From Planctomycetota bacterium (GTDB taxonomy: Bacteria > Planctomycetota > UBA8108 > SXIK01): 64,000 bases of DNA. Numbering within the stretch: position 1 is the first letter of the stretch; every line of letters starts with the position of its first letter. Shown piece after piece: positions 8,998 through 18,122 of this stretch. The notes beneath the pieces are model-generated. The model was not told the DNA's origin and searched no databases. It saw nothing but the letters and a program-made list of their open reading frames with translations. The translations under genes and the position numbers were made by a program. The DNA lies in the NCBI GenBank assembly GCA_965223845.1, contig CBDCXR010000004.1, positions 3,456,001 to 3,520,000 of the forward strand, read 5' to 3'.

Positions 8998-11900
8998 ATG
9001 CCTAGATCAACTCACGCCGCCGCGAGTCTCGCGCTTCTCGCCGCGCTCGCCCTCGGCTCCATTGCCGAAGCGCAGGTCGGACCGTTCCAGCGGGGCGATG
9101 CCAACGCCGACGGAAGCGTCAATATCGCCGACCCGCTCTACGTGTTAGGTGCGCTGTTCGAAAGCGGAAGATCGATCTCCTGTAACGTCGCTGCCGACGC
9201 CAACGACGACGATCGCGTCGACGTCTCCGACGCGGTCTACGAGCTGAACTTTCTCTTCGCCGACGGCCGGCCGATTCCGCCGCCGGAGAGCTGCGATTTC
9301 GATCCGACTCCGGGAAAGCTCGGCTGCGTGATCTACGCGCCGTGCATCGCGACCCAGCCCCCCGAGCCCGGTCAGATCTACTTCGAGACGCCGAGCGCTG
9401 GCGGCGCGTTCTTCCGCGGCGGGTTTTTCGGCGCCGACGACGCGGTCGATGCACCCGCGGCCGGCGGAGCCCCCCCACCCGCGCCGGCGCCGGCCGAGGC
9501 GGACACGACAGAGTCCGAGCCGGAGCGGACGATCGAAGAGGCCGACCTCTACCGGATCGACGGCGAACACCTCTACGCGCTCAATCGCTACCGCGGGCTT
9601 CAGATCCTCGACATCTCCGACCGCGACGACCCGCAGCTGCTCGGCAGCGCGCCGATCTACGGCCATCCCCGCGAGATGTACGTCCGCGGTACGACCGCGT
9701 ACGTGATCGTGAGCGACTACTTCGACTACTGGCGCGCGGAGGATGCCCTCACCACGCCCCGCGGCTTTTACGGCAGCCAACTTCGCGTCGTCGACGTCTC
9801 GGACGTCACGGCGCCCGAGGTCATCGGCGCGATCGATCTGCGCGGCGATCTCAGCGACTCGCGCATCGTCGGCGACGTCATGTACCTGGTTTCGAATCGC
9901 TTCCCGTGGTACGGCGGCTACGGCACGGACGACACCGAGGACAAGACGGAGATCATCTCTGTCAGCATCGGTGACCCGTCGAGCATCGCCGTCATCGACA
10001 CGCAGGACTTCCCCCGCAACGGCTGGGCTCACCACATCGAGGTCACCGCCGACACGATCTACCTCGCGGCGTCGCAGTGGGATCAGACGAGTCGGCGCTA
10101 TCGCTCGACGGTCCGTCTGATCGACATCCGCGACGCGAGTGGGATCATTCACGTCGGCGGAGAGGTCGACGTTCCCGGACTGGTCCCGGATCGCTGGTCG
10201 ATGAACGAGTACGACGGCGTCCTCCGCGTCGCCTCGACCGAGTCCTGGGGGAACGGCGACGTCTACCTGAACACCTACGCGGTGTCGGATCGGGACCGAC
10301 CGACCCACCTCGGAGGCTACACGCTCAAGATCAACGAGCGCCTCACGGCGGCTCGTTTCGACGGCTCGCGCGGCTATCTCGTCACCTACCGAAACATCGA
10401 TCCGCTCTTCGTCTTCGACCTGACCGACGCATCGGAACCGCGTCTCCTCGGCGAGCTCGAGATGACCGGTTGGCTCGACTTCATGGTCCCGCTCGGCGAC
10501 CGGATCGTCGCACTCGGCCACGAGGATCTCGTCGACGAAGAGACGGGGCGCCGCGAGATCTCGCTCGCGGTCTCGCTCGTCGACGTGTCCGATCTCACGA
10601 AGCCCACCCTGCTGTCGCGGGTCACGCTCGACGAGCTCTGGGCGTGGGTACCGGGCGACCGCGACGACTTCGCGAAGGTCTTTAAGACGCTCGCGGCTCA
10701 GGGCCTGATCCTCTTTCCGTTCCGCGGCTGGAACCGCGAGACCTACTCGCACTCCGGTGGCGTCCAGCTCATCGACCTCGGTCGCGACGAGCTCACGAAG
10801 CGCGGTCTGATCACCGGGGGAGGCGACGTCCAGCGGGCCATCCCGCACGAGGAGACGACCGTCTTTACCCTTTCGCACGAAATGTTCCAGGTCGTCGACA
10901 TCACCGACCGCGACGAACCGGAACTCCTCGGCAGCGTCGAGCTCGCGCGCAACGTCCAGGAGCTCTACGTGCTCGCTGACGGCGAGCACACAGTGCAGCT
11001 CGTCGGCAACTGGTACCTCGGCGACACACGGCTGATCGTGACGACGGTCGACGAGCCGAACGCTACCGAGCCGCTCGCCTCCTTGAAGCTCCCCGCCCCG
11101 TACGGTCGTCTGTTCGTCTCGGGCGACTTCGTGTACGTCGCAAGCGTGCGCAACGACCTCGTCGGCGACGGTCACGAGCCGCGCACACACGTGCAGGTGG
11201 TCGACGTGAGCGATCCGCTCGCGCCGCGGCTCCGCGGCGGCGTCACGCTTCCCGAATCGATCTGGCTCGGGTTCCGCGATTGGTATTGGGGCGGCGGCGA
11301 CGAGGTCGTCCTCGCCGGTGAGTCGACGCTCGTCTTCCATCGCTTCGAATACGCGTGGTGGGGACCGTGCTTCGCGTGCGATTTCATCGGTCCCGTCGCA
11401 CCGTCGACGACGAGCCACCGGATGCACGTCGTCGATCTCAGCGACCCGGACGCACCCGAAGTGGCGTCGACGATCCGCCTCGACGACGTCCACTGGGCGT
11501 GGGGACTCCGCGCGAATGGAAACGAGATCTTCCTCACGAGCTCCGTCTCCTTTGCGCGGGTCGATCTCTGGTTCGATCGCTTTCTCCTCCACCGCTTCGA
11601 CTTGACCGATCCTTCCGATCCGGTGGAGCACGCTCCCGTCAACATTCCCGGGCAACTCGTCGGCATCGATTCGGATGGGCGGACGATCCACACGCTCGAG
11701 TCGCGCTGGCTGTCCATCGAGGCGCGGAATGAGGAGCGACTCCACAGCCTCCGGCTCGAAGGCGAGAACGCGGTGCTCCTCGGGTCCGTCGTTCTCCCCG
11801 GGACGTCGACCGGCGTCGTCGTCCGCGACGAGGCCGCGTTCGTCGCGACGACACGCAACTCTCAGATCGACGGCCGGTGGCGCGGAATCGCGGAACTGAA

Positions 11901-12180
11901 CACCGTCGACCTGGGCGACCCGTCACGGCCCGAGATCGCCGCGACCGTGGAGCTGCCGGCCTACTGGGCGTTCTTGCGTGACGTCGTCGGCGATCACGCG
12001 TTCATCGGCATCCAGTCGGGAATCCTCACGTACGACGTGAGCGACATCGAGATGCCGGACTTTCGCGGCTTCTTCCGCACGGAGTGGTCGGAGAGCATCG
12101 TCGTCCACGACGGCAAGGCCTATCTGCCCACCGGGTTCTACGGGGTCCGAGTGCTCGATCTCGCGAGTGGAGGCGAATGA
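8998..12180 (+). CDS. Secreted beta-propeller protein with N-terminal dockerin-like module
   Basis: Signal peptide; FQRGDANADGSVNIADP..DANDDDRVDVSD; IEEADLYRIDGEHLY; many V/I-D-V-S-D-P..P (LVIVD-like) blade repeats. Confidence 0.85.
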   Translation: MPRSTHAAASLALLAALALGSIAEAQVGPFQRGDANADGSVNIADPLYVLGALFESGRSISCNVAADANDDDRVDVSDAVYELNFLFADGRPIPPPESCDFDPTPGKLGCVIYAPCIATQPPEPGQIYFETPSAGGAFFRGGFFGADDAVDAPAAGGAPPPAPAPAEADTTESEPERTIEEADLYRIDGEHLYALNRYRGLQILDISDRDDPQLLGSAPIYGHPREMYVRGTTAYVIVSDYFDYWRAEDALTTPRGFYGSQLRVVDVSDVTAPEVIGAIDLRGDLSDSRIVGDVMYLVSNRFPWYGGYGTDDTEDKTEIISVSIGDPSSIAVIDTQDFPRNGWAHHIEVTADTIYLAASQWDQTSRRYRSTVRLIDIRDASGIIHVGGEVDVPGLVPDRWSMNEYDGVLRVASTESWGNGDVYLNTYAVSDRDRPTHLGGYTLKINERLTAARFDGSRGYLVTYRNIDPLFVFDLTDASEPRLLGELEMTGWLDFMVPLGDRIVALGHEDLVDEETGRREISLAVSLVDVSDLTKPTLLSRVTLDELWAWVPGDRDDFAKVFKTLAAQGLILFPFRGWNRETYSHSGGVQLIDLGRDELTKRGLITGGGDVQRAIPHEETTVFTLSHEMFQVVDITDRDEPELLGSVELARNVQELYVLADGEHTVQLVGNWYLGDTRLIVTTVDEPNATEPLASLKLPAPYGRLFVSGDFVYVASVRNDLVGDGHEPRTHVQVVDVSDPLAPRLRGGVTLPESIWLGFRDWYWGGGDEVVLAGESTLVFHRFEYAWWGPCFACDFIGPVAPSTTSHRMHVVDLSDPDAPEVASTIRLDDVHWAWGLRANGNEIFLTSSVSFARVDLWFDRFLLHRFDLTDPSDPVEHAPVNIPGQLVGIDSDGRTIHTLESRWLSIEARNEERLHSLRLEGENAVLLGSVVLPGTSTGVVVRDEAAFVATTRNSQIDGRWRGIAELNTVDLGDPSRPEIAATVELPAYWAFLRDVVGDHAFIGIQSGILTYDVSDIEMPDFRGFFRTEWSESIVVHDGKAYLPTGFYGVRVLDLASGGE

Positions 12181-12185
12181 CGCGC

Positions 12186-14018
12186 TCAGCTCGCGCGAGC
12201 GCGTTTTAGTCGCAGGAAGAACGACGTGCCCTCGGCGGTGTCCTCGAGGACGAGATCGCCGCCGAGGCTGCGAGCGATCTTTCGGCAGAGGCTGAGCCCG
12301 AGTCCGACTCCCGCCGCCGTCGAGGTCCGATCGCGGTCTGCTTCGGTGAACGGCCGGAACAGCCGCGACCGCACCGCGGTCGCGATGCCGGGACCGTGAT
12401 CGCGCACGCGCACGCCACCGGCGGCGATCTCGATGTGGATTCGGGGATCCTCGCTTGCTCGCGCGTACTTCGCGGCGTTGTCGACGAGGTTGAAGAGAAT
12501 CTGTTCGACCCCCACCGCGTCCGCCCAAACGCGGACATCATCCGCGCCGAGGTCGAGCTCGAGCTCGAGGTCGGCTTCCGCGGCGCGATCGCGCAGACGC
12601 TCGGCGACGCGCTCGACGAGAGACGCCAGCGAGTGGATTTCGATTCCGCGCGGATGGGTTCCGCGCTCGAGACGCGCGTACGAGAGAACGTTTTCGACGA
12701 GCTGCGCCAAGCGGTCGGATTCCGTCTGCATCTTCTCGACGTACTGCTGCTTTTTTGCGGGATCGCGAACCATTCCGCGCGCGAGCATCTCGGAATACAT
12801 CCGGAGCGTCGTGAGCGGAGTGCGCAGCTCGTGTGTGACCGCGGAGACGAAAGCCGCGCGGCGTTCGCTCAGGGCGAGCACCGCTTTGAGGAGGACGGCA
12901 CACGCGATCGCCGCCAGCGCGAAACAGCCCCACGCGGCGGCGAGCGACGGCCCGGTCGATAAGCTCGGGGCGTCGGGGTCCGTCGGAATCTCCCCGGGGA
13001 CGAGCACCGCGGGAACGGCCATGAGCTGCCGGTCGAGTCGGTCGGCCGCGAGCGGATCGACCGGCTCGAGCCGCGCCTCGGGAACGAGGTCGACGACGCG
13101 AGCAAGGAGGTTTGCCGAGAGCGACGGCCAATCGACCCAGCAGCCCTGAAACCACTCCGCACCAGCGACGGAGACACGCCGGACGAGCAGCAGATCGTCC
13201 TCGATCCAGAGACCGTGGAGCGGCCCCTCGATCGCATCGCGCCGCGGTCCGGGAACGAGCTGGCTCGCGACGAGATTCGTCACATCGTTCACTCGGTTGG
13301 CGTAGAGACGGCGCGAGATGCTCTCGACGCTGCTCCGAGCACTCTGTTTCAACCGCTGCTGCGCCTGCCACTCAGGTGGCGGGGCGGCCCGCGTCGGAGG
13401 CCGCGACGGCGCCGGCGCCGAGGACGACGGAAAGTTGTCGAGGAGGAACGGCGCCCAGCGCTGTGACTGAGCGTCCTGCTGCACGAGCTCGTCGGCCTCG
13501 AGTCGCGGGAGCGACGCATCGAGCCATTCGACCGTGACGCGACTCTGCAGCTCGGCGAGGTCGCGATCGGCGTCCTCGATCTCCTCGGCGAAGATCCCGT
13601 TCTGCCCCGCGAGGCCACGCAAGTCTTCCTCGAGTACACGCGGCGACGACCAGTTGCCGCGGAGATCGACGTCGAAGTGAAGACGCACGAACTTAGGTGG
13701 GCTCGCGAGTAGCGGCGAGGGAAGGCGTACGCTATCGGACTCGAGAATCTCGTTCGAGTTCGAATACGCGCGAGGCGCCGCGTAGAACGAACGGTAGACG
13801 AAGTAGGGCCGCGAGCTCTCGCGGAGAAAGAGGGGACCCATCTCGGAGTCCATGCGCCACAGCGCGAGACGGATCGCTTCCTCCGCCGCGGCCTGCTCCG
13901 CCATTTCGCGGCGCGCGCGCTCAGCCTCGAGAGAGCGCTGCGTCATCCACGCCATGGGAACGATCGCGACCGCGAGGACGAGGCCGAAGAGCGTCCACGT
14001 CCACGCGAGCCGACTCAC
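12186..14018 (-). CDS. Membrane sensor histidine kinase
   Basis: Two TM segments; H-box VTHELRTPL, N-box NLVDNAAKY, DHGPGI, GVGLGL. Confidence 0.95.
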   Translation of the reverse strand: MSRLAWTWTLFGLVLAVAIVPMAWMTQRSLEAERARREMAEQAAAEEAIRLALWRMDSEMGPLFLRESSRPYFVYRSFYAAPRAYSNSNEILESDSVRLPSPLLASPPKFVRLHFDVDLRGNWSSPRVLEEDLRGLAGQNGIFAEEIEDADRDLAELQSRVTVEWLDASLPRLEADELVQQDAQSQRWAPFLLDNFPSSSAPAPSRPPTRAAPPPEWQAQQRLKQSARSSVESISRRLYANRVNDVTNLVASQLVPGPRRDAIEGPLHGLWIEDDLLLVRRVSVAGAEWFQGCWVDWPSLSANLLARVVDLVPEARLEPVDPLAADRLDRQLMAVPAVLVPGEIPTDPDAPSLSTGPSLAAAWGCFALAAIACAVLLKAVLALSERRAAFVSAVTHELRTPLTTLRMYSEMLARGMVRDPAKKQQYVEKMQTESDRLAQLVENVLSYARLERGTHPRGIEIHSLASLVERVAERLRDRAAEADLELELDLGADDVRVWADAVGVEQILFNLVDNAAKYARASEDPRIHIEIAAGGVRVRDHGPGIATAVRSRLFRPFTEADRDRTSTAAGVGLGLSLCRKIARSLGGDLVLEDTAEGTSFFLRLKRARAS

Positions 14019-14725
14019 ACCGCGACCTCATCGGCGAGCATGTAGCCGCGTCCGCGCACCGTGACGAGGACCTTCGGGCTCTGGGCGTCGTCGCGCAGCT
14101 TCTCGCGCAGTCGAGCGACGTGCATATCGATCGTCCGCGTGGTGACTCCGCGCGCGGCGATGCGCCAAACCTTCTCGAGGAGCTCCTCGCGCGAGACCGC
14201 ACGCGACGGGTTCCGCGCGAGGTACGCGAGAAGATCTCGCTCGCGCTCGGAGAGGAGCTCGCTCTCGCCATCGGCAAACCGTACCTCGCCGCGCTCGATG
14301 TCGACGCGTCCGGAAGGGATGCGGAGCTCCTCCACGCCGACCGGTCGCTCGGCCGAGCGGCGGAGCACCGCCTCGATACGAGCGAGGAGCTCGGTCAGGC
14401 TGAACGGCTTGACGACGTAGTCGTCCGCCCCGAGCTTGAGCCCGCGGACACGATCGGACTCGTCGCCGCGGGCGGTGAGCACGATCACGGGAAGCGTCGG
14501 TCGCGTCGCGCGAACTTCGCGCAAGATGTCGAGTCCGTCCACCTCGGGCAGCGAAAGATCGAGCAGTACGAGCTCGCAGTCGACGCCGACCGCTGTCTCG
14601 AGCGCCTGGCGACCGTTCGCCGCCTCGATGACCGCGTAGCCTTCGAACTCGAGCGCGTCGACGACGCCCTGCCGAATGGCCGCGTCATCTTCTACGACGA
14701 GCACTCTCACGCTGGCTTTCGCCAT
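14015..14725 (-). CDS. OmpR/PhoB-family response regulator
   Basis: VLVVEDD, LLDLSLP, LTAR, GADDYVVKPF, RTIDMHVARLREKL, TVRGRGY; 4-nt overlap with the kinase. Confidence 0.95.
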   Translation of the reverse strand: MAKASVRVLVVEDDAAIRQGVVDALEFEGYAVIEAANGRQALETAVGVDCELVLLDLSLPEVDGLDILREVRATRPTLPVIVLTARGDESDRVRGLKLGADDYVVKPFSLTELLARIEAVLRRSAERPVGVEELRIPSGRVDIERGEVRFADGESELLSERERDLLAYLARNPSRAVSREELLEKVWRIAARGVTTRTIDMHVARLREKLRDDAQSPKVLVTVRGRGYMLADEVAV

Positions 14726-14923
14726 GGACGACACTCCCGGAAAGAGGAACATTCGTCTTACCATCGTCACCGGCTGATCGAAACCGTCGGGCAGCGTCCA
14801 CGAGCCTTCCCTGCGGCGAGGCCGGAGCTTCGCCCCTCATTCGAGTGTAGGCGAAGAGACGGAATCGCGACGTAACAGCGCGGTAACAAGGAGAACGGGA
14901 CGACCGGGCGGACAGTTCCTCGG

Positions 14924-16594
14924 TCAACGCTCCCGCGGGGCGTTGCGCGCCCTCTGCTCGGTCCGAGCGGCGGCAGCTTTTTCCTCGAGCGTCTCGATGA
15001 GTGCGGGGACTTCGAGGAGCGAGGTGAGCGAGTACGGATAACGCTCCTCGACCTCGCGAATCCGCTCGATCGCTTCGTCGTAGCGGCGGTTCTCGAGAAG
15101 CGAGTCCGCAAACACCGAGCGCGTCGCGCCGAACAGCTCTCCGCGGACCCACATCTCCCACCCGATGGCTGCGGTTCCGACGATCACCAGCGCGGCAGCG
15201 ACGATCGAGCGCAGGATGCGGTGCCGGATCTCGCGCGTGCGCTCGAGCCTTCCGGACTGCAGATTCTCCACGATCTCCTGTGCCTTCGCGTTGTCGCGAT
15301 CGAACTGGACGATCTTCTTGAACGCGGTCTCCGCGACGTCGTAGCGCTCGCGCCGGAGCGCCGCCTGCCCGAACTCTTCGAGAACAGCGACGGCCTCGTC
15401 GTGCGTTCCGAGCGCGTAGAGCGCGTCGGCGAGCTGCAGGCGAAACTGGGGCCGGTTCGGAAAGATCTTAACGAGCTGAAGAAGATAGTCGCGGACCACC
15501 TCCGTCAGACCGAGCTCGCCGAAGTGGGCGACGATGCGCCGCCCGAGCGCAAGGATCTCATCGTGATCGGCGCGCTGGAGGATGCTCGACCAAAGCTTGC
15601 CCCACGTGACGAGATCCTTGGGATTGAGCTCGAGCGAGCGCTCGAGATGGCGCACCGCCTCCTCGTTCTCCCCGCTCTCGAGGTAAGAGACGGCGAGCAG
15701 CTTGTGGCTCTTGGCCGCCTCTTCCGCGTTTCCCTCTTTCTCGTAGAGGTAGGCGAGCTTTGCGATCACCTCGCGGTTGTTCGGCTCTCTCTCGAGAACA
15801 CTCCGCAGGCAAGCGATCGCGTCGGCGGGCTGGAGATGCGAGTCCGTTTGCTCGACCGCCTTCGCGCTGTCGAGCGGACGCGCACGCTTTTCTGCAATCA
15901 ACTCGGCGATCGTGCGGCAGGCTTCGAAGCGCGAATAAGGAACTCGCGCGATCACTTGGCCGAGCGTGAGCGTCCCGTCGAGAAGCGGAGCGACGTGCGC
16001 GAGAACTTCGTCCTCTGCGTTTCCTGCAAGCTCGGTTCGCCGCGCAGGCGGGATCACGTAGAGCTCGCTCTCCGACGGCAGGTGCCGCCGGATCTGCTCC
16101 CAATCGTCCGCCCGTCGGGCGGCCTCCATGACGAGGCTCGACGGCGCGATTTGAAGTCCGAGCGCCCGGACTTCACGGCTGCCCAGCTCGGAGTCGAGGT
16201 CACCCTCCTTGAACGTGAGGGCGCCCTCCCGGAGCGACAGGAGCTCGTAGAGACACTCGCTGACTAGGTAGCGGACGTACTTCTCGTACGCCTCGAACTC
16301 GAGCGCGCCGAGATCGTGGAGGATCTGGCCGAAGGTCTTCTTCTTCGCTCGGCGATAGCGCTTGAGCGCGTTCTCGGTGCTGTCGGCGTCGACGATGGCT
16401 TTGTCCAGTAGCCAACGCGCGATCGAGAAGCCATCGCTGTCGTGATAGGAAACGATGCTTCCGTCCACGAACTGGACGTAGATCTCACGACTGTCCTCGA
16501 GACGGACGGTCAGCGTGCCCGTCTTCTTGTTGGCGAGCAGGTTCTGAAAAACGTCGGAGATCGGTAGCGACGCAATATCGCCCTGAAAGCTCAT
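14924..16594 (-). CDS. DUF4388 domain + TPR repeat membrane protein
   Basis: MSFQGDIASLPISDVFQNL..KKTGTLTV, LVMEAARRADDW; TPR-like helices; C-terminal TM segment. Confidence 0.75.
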   Translation of the reverse strand: MSFQGDIASLPISDVFQNLLANKKTGTLTVRLEDSREIYVQFVDGSIVSYHDSDGFSIARWLLDKAIVDADSTENALKRYRRAKKKTFGQILHDLGALEFEAYEKYVRYLVSECLYELLSLREGALTFKEGDLDSELGSREVRALGLQIAPSSLVMEAARRADDWEQIRRHLPSESELYVIPPARRTELAGNAEDEVLAHVAPLLDGTLTLGQVIARVPYSRFEACRTIAELIAEKRARPLDSAKAVEQTDSHLQPADAIACLRSVLEREPNNREVIAKLAYLYEKEGNAEEAAKSHKLLAVSYLESGENEEAVRHLERSLELNPKDLVTWGKLWSSILQRADHDEILALGRRIVAHFGELGLTEVVRDYLLQLVKIFPNRPQFRLQLADALYALGTHDEAVAVLEEFGQAALRRERYDVAETAFKKIVQFDRDNAKAQEIVENLQSGRLERTREIRHRILRSIVAAALVIVGTAAIGWEMWVRGELFGATRSVFADSLLENRRYDEAIERIREVEERYPYSLTSLLEVPALIETLEEKAAAARTEQRARNAPRER

Positions 16595-16931
16595 TTCGTG
16601 GTCTCGAGCCGGAGAAGGAAGAACGACCGGCGTCGACTTCGCTGGGAGTCGCGCGCAGAAGTATAGGATGGGGCCGATCCCCCAGCTACCGGACTCCGGA
16701 CCGTCCGATAGTGTCGGCGCCGGCCGGCTGAGGCGCGACCGATCGGGACTTAACTCATAGCCAACTCCGGCCTTCGATCTGCGTCGGGATCGGCGACGCG
16801 CGTTTGGCGGGACGAACTCGGTTAGCTTGATTTCTCACGGAAGCTCCGGCGAGAATACCGCTCGGGTCGGATCGCTTCGCAGGGACGTTGGAACCGGCGG
16901 AGCGACCGAATCTTCATGCAGGAGACTTGTC

Positions 16932-18041
16932 TTGAAAGCCATCGCCGTCCTCCCGGGACAAGCGAATTCGGTACACATGGCCGAGCTCGAGAAGCCGTCC
17001 CTCGCCGATGTACCGAACGATCGCGGCGTGCTCGTCGAAGTTCTCCGAGTCGGAGTCGACGGCACCGATAAGGAAATCAACGCCGCGGAATACGGCGACG
17101 CTCCGCCGGGGTACGAGTTTCTGGTCATCGGGCACGAGGCGTTTGGGCGCGTGGTCGAAGTCGGGTCGAACGTAACGGAGCTCGCGGTAGGTGACTACGT
17201 CTCCCCGACCGTCCGCCGGCCGGGAAAGAGCCTCTACGACGTCATCGGTCACTACGACATGACGACCGACGACACGTACTACGAGCGCGGCATCAACCTC
17301 CTCCACGGGTTTCTCACGGAGTACTTCGTCGACGATCCCGAGTACATCGTGCGCGTTCCCGACGAGCTCCGCAGCGTCGGTGTGCTGATGGAGCCGATGA
17401 GCGTCGTTCAAAAGGGGATGTACCAGGCCTTCGAGATCCAGCGGCGCCTCCGGGTCTGGAGGCCGCGACGCGTCGCCGTCACGGGGGCGGGCGCGATCGG
17501 CCAGCTCACCGCTCTCGTCTGTCGTCTTCGCGGAATGGACGTGACGGTGTTCGCCCGCTCTCCCGCCGCAGACAATCCGAAGGCGAAGCGCGTCGAAGAG
17601 ATCGGCGCCCGCTACGTCAGCACCGCCGAGCACGACTACCTCGACGCGGCCAAGGAGCTGGGCCCCTTCGACATCGTCTTCGAGGCCACCGGATCGTCGC
17701 GGGTCGCGTTCCAGAGCATGGAGATTCTCGCGAAAAACGGCGTCCTCATTCTCACGAGCATCACCGGCGGAAAGAACACGCTCGACATTCCCGCCGACGC
17801 GATCAACCTCGACTTCGTCCTCAACAACAAGGTGATGTTCGGTACGGTGAACGCTCACCGAGAGTACTTCGAGATGGGGGCGAAGGACTTCGCACACTCC
17901 GAAGCGCAGTACCCGGGCTGGCTCGAAAAGCTCCTGACGAATCCGATCCCCGGACTCGAAGCTTACGGCTCGATGATGCACCAGCTCACGACGGACAAGA
18001 TGGCGATCAAGGTGTACGTCGAGGTGCAGGGGATCGATTAG
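16932..18041 (+). CDS. Glucose 1-dehydrogenase (zinc-dependent MDR family)
   Basis: TTG start after CAGGAG; VGVDGTDKEI, GHE, YYERGI, GAGAIG, VMFGTVNA. Confidence 0.85.
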   Translation: MKAIAVLPGQANSVHMAELEKPSLADVPNDRGVLVEVLRVGVDGTDKEINAAEYGDAPPGYEFLVIGHEAFGRVVEVGSNVTELAVGDYVSPTVRRPGKSLYDVIGHYDMTTDDTYYERGINLLHGFLTEYFVDDPEYIVRVPDELRSVGVLMEPMSVVQKGMYQAFEIQRRLRVWRPRRVAVTGAGAIGQLTALVCRLRGMDVTVFARSPAADNPKAKRVEEIGARYVSTAEHDYLDAAKELGPFDIVFEATGSSRVAFQSMEILAKNGVLILTSITGGKNTLDIPADAINLDFVLNNKVMFGTVNAHREYFEMGAKDFAHSEAQYPGWLEKLLTNPIPGLEAYGSMMHQLTTDKMAIKVYVEVQGID

Positions 18042-18056
18042 CCGGCGCGGAAACGG

Positions 18057-18100
18057 AAGCGGGCGGAATCGACTCCCTTCGGAACCGATTCCGCCCGCTT
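18057..18100. terminator. Inverted repeat, likely terminator between convergent genes
   Basis: AAGCGGGCGGAATCG..CGATTCCGCCCGCTT, a 15-bp stem. Confidence 0.7.
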
Positions 18101-18122
18101 GATTTCCGTGCTCGCTCGAACT

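Noticed and set aside
9145-11745. Long antisense ORFs (also 4657-6618, 26714-28480, 30614-32386, 56510-58207)
   Set aside because: Shadow frames expected from GC3 bias in a high-GC genome; no recognisable motifs, and they overlap well-supported genes
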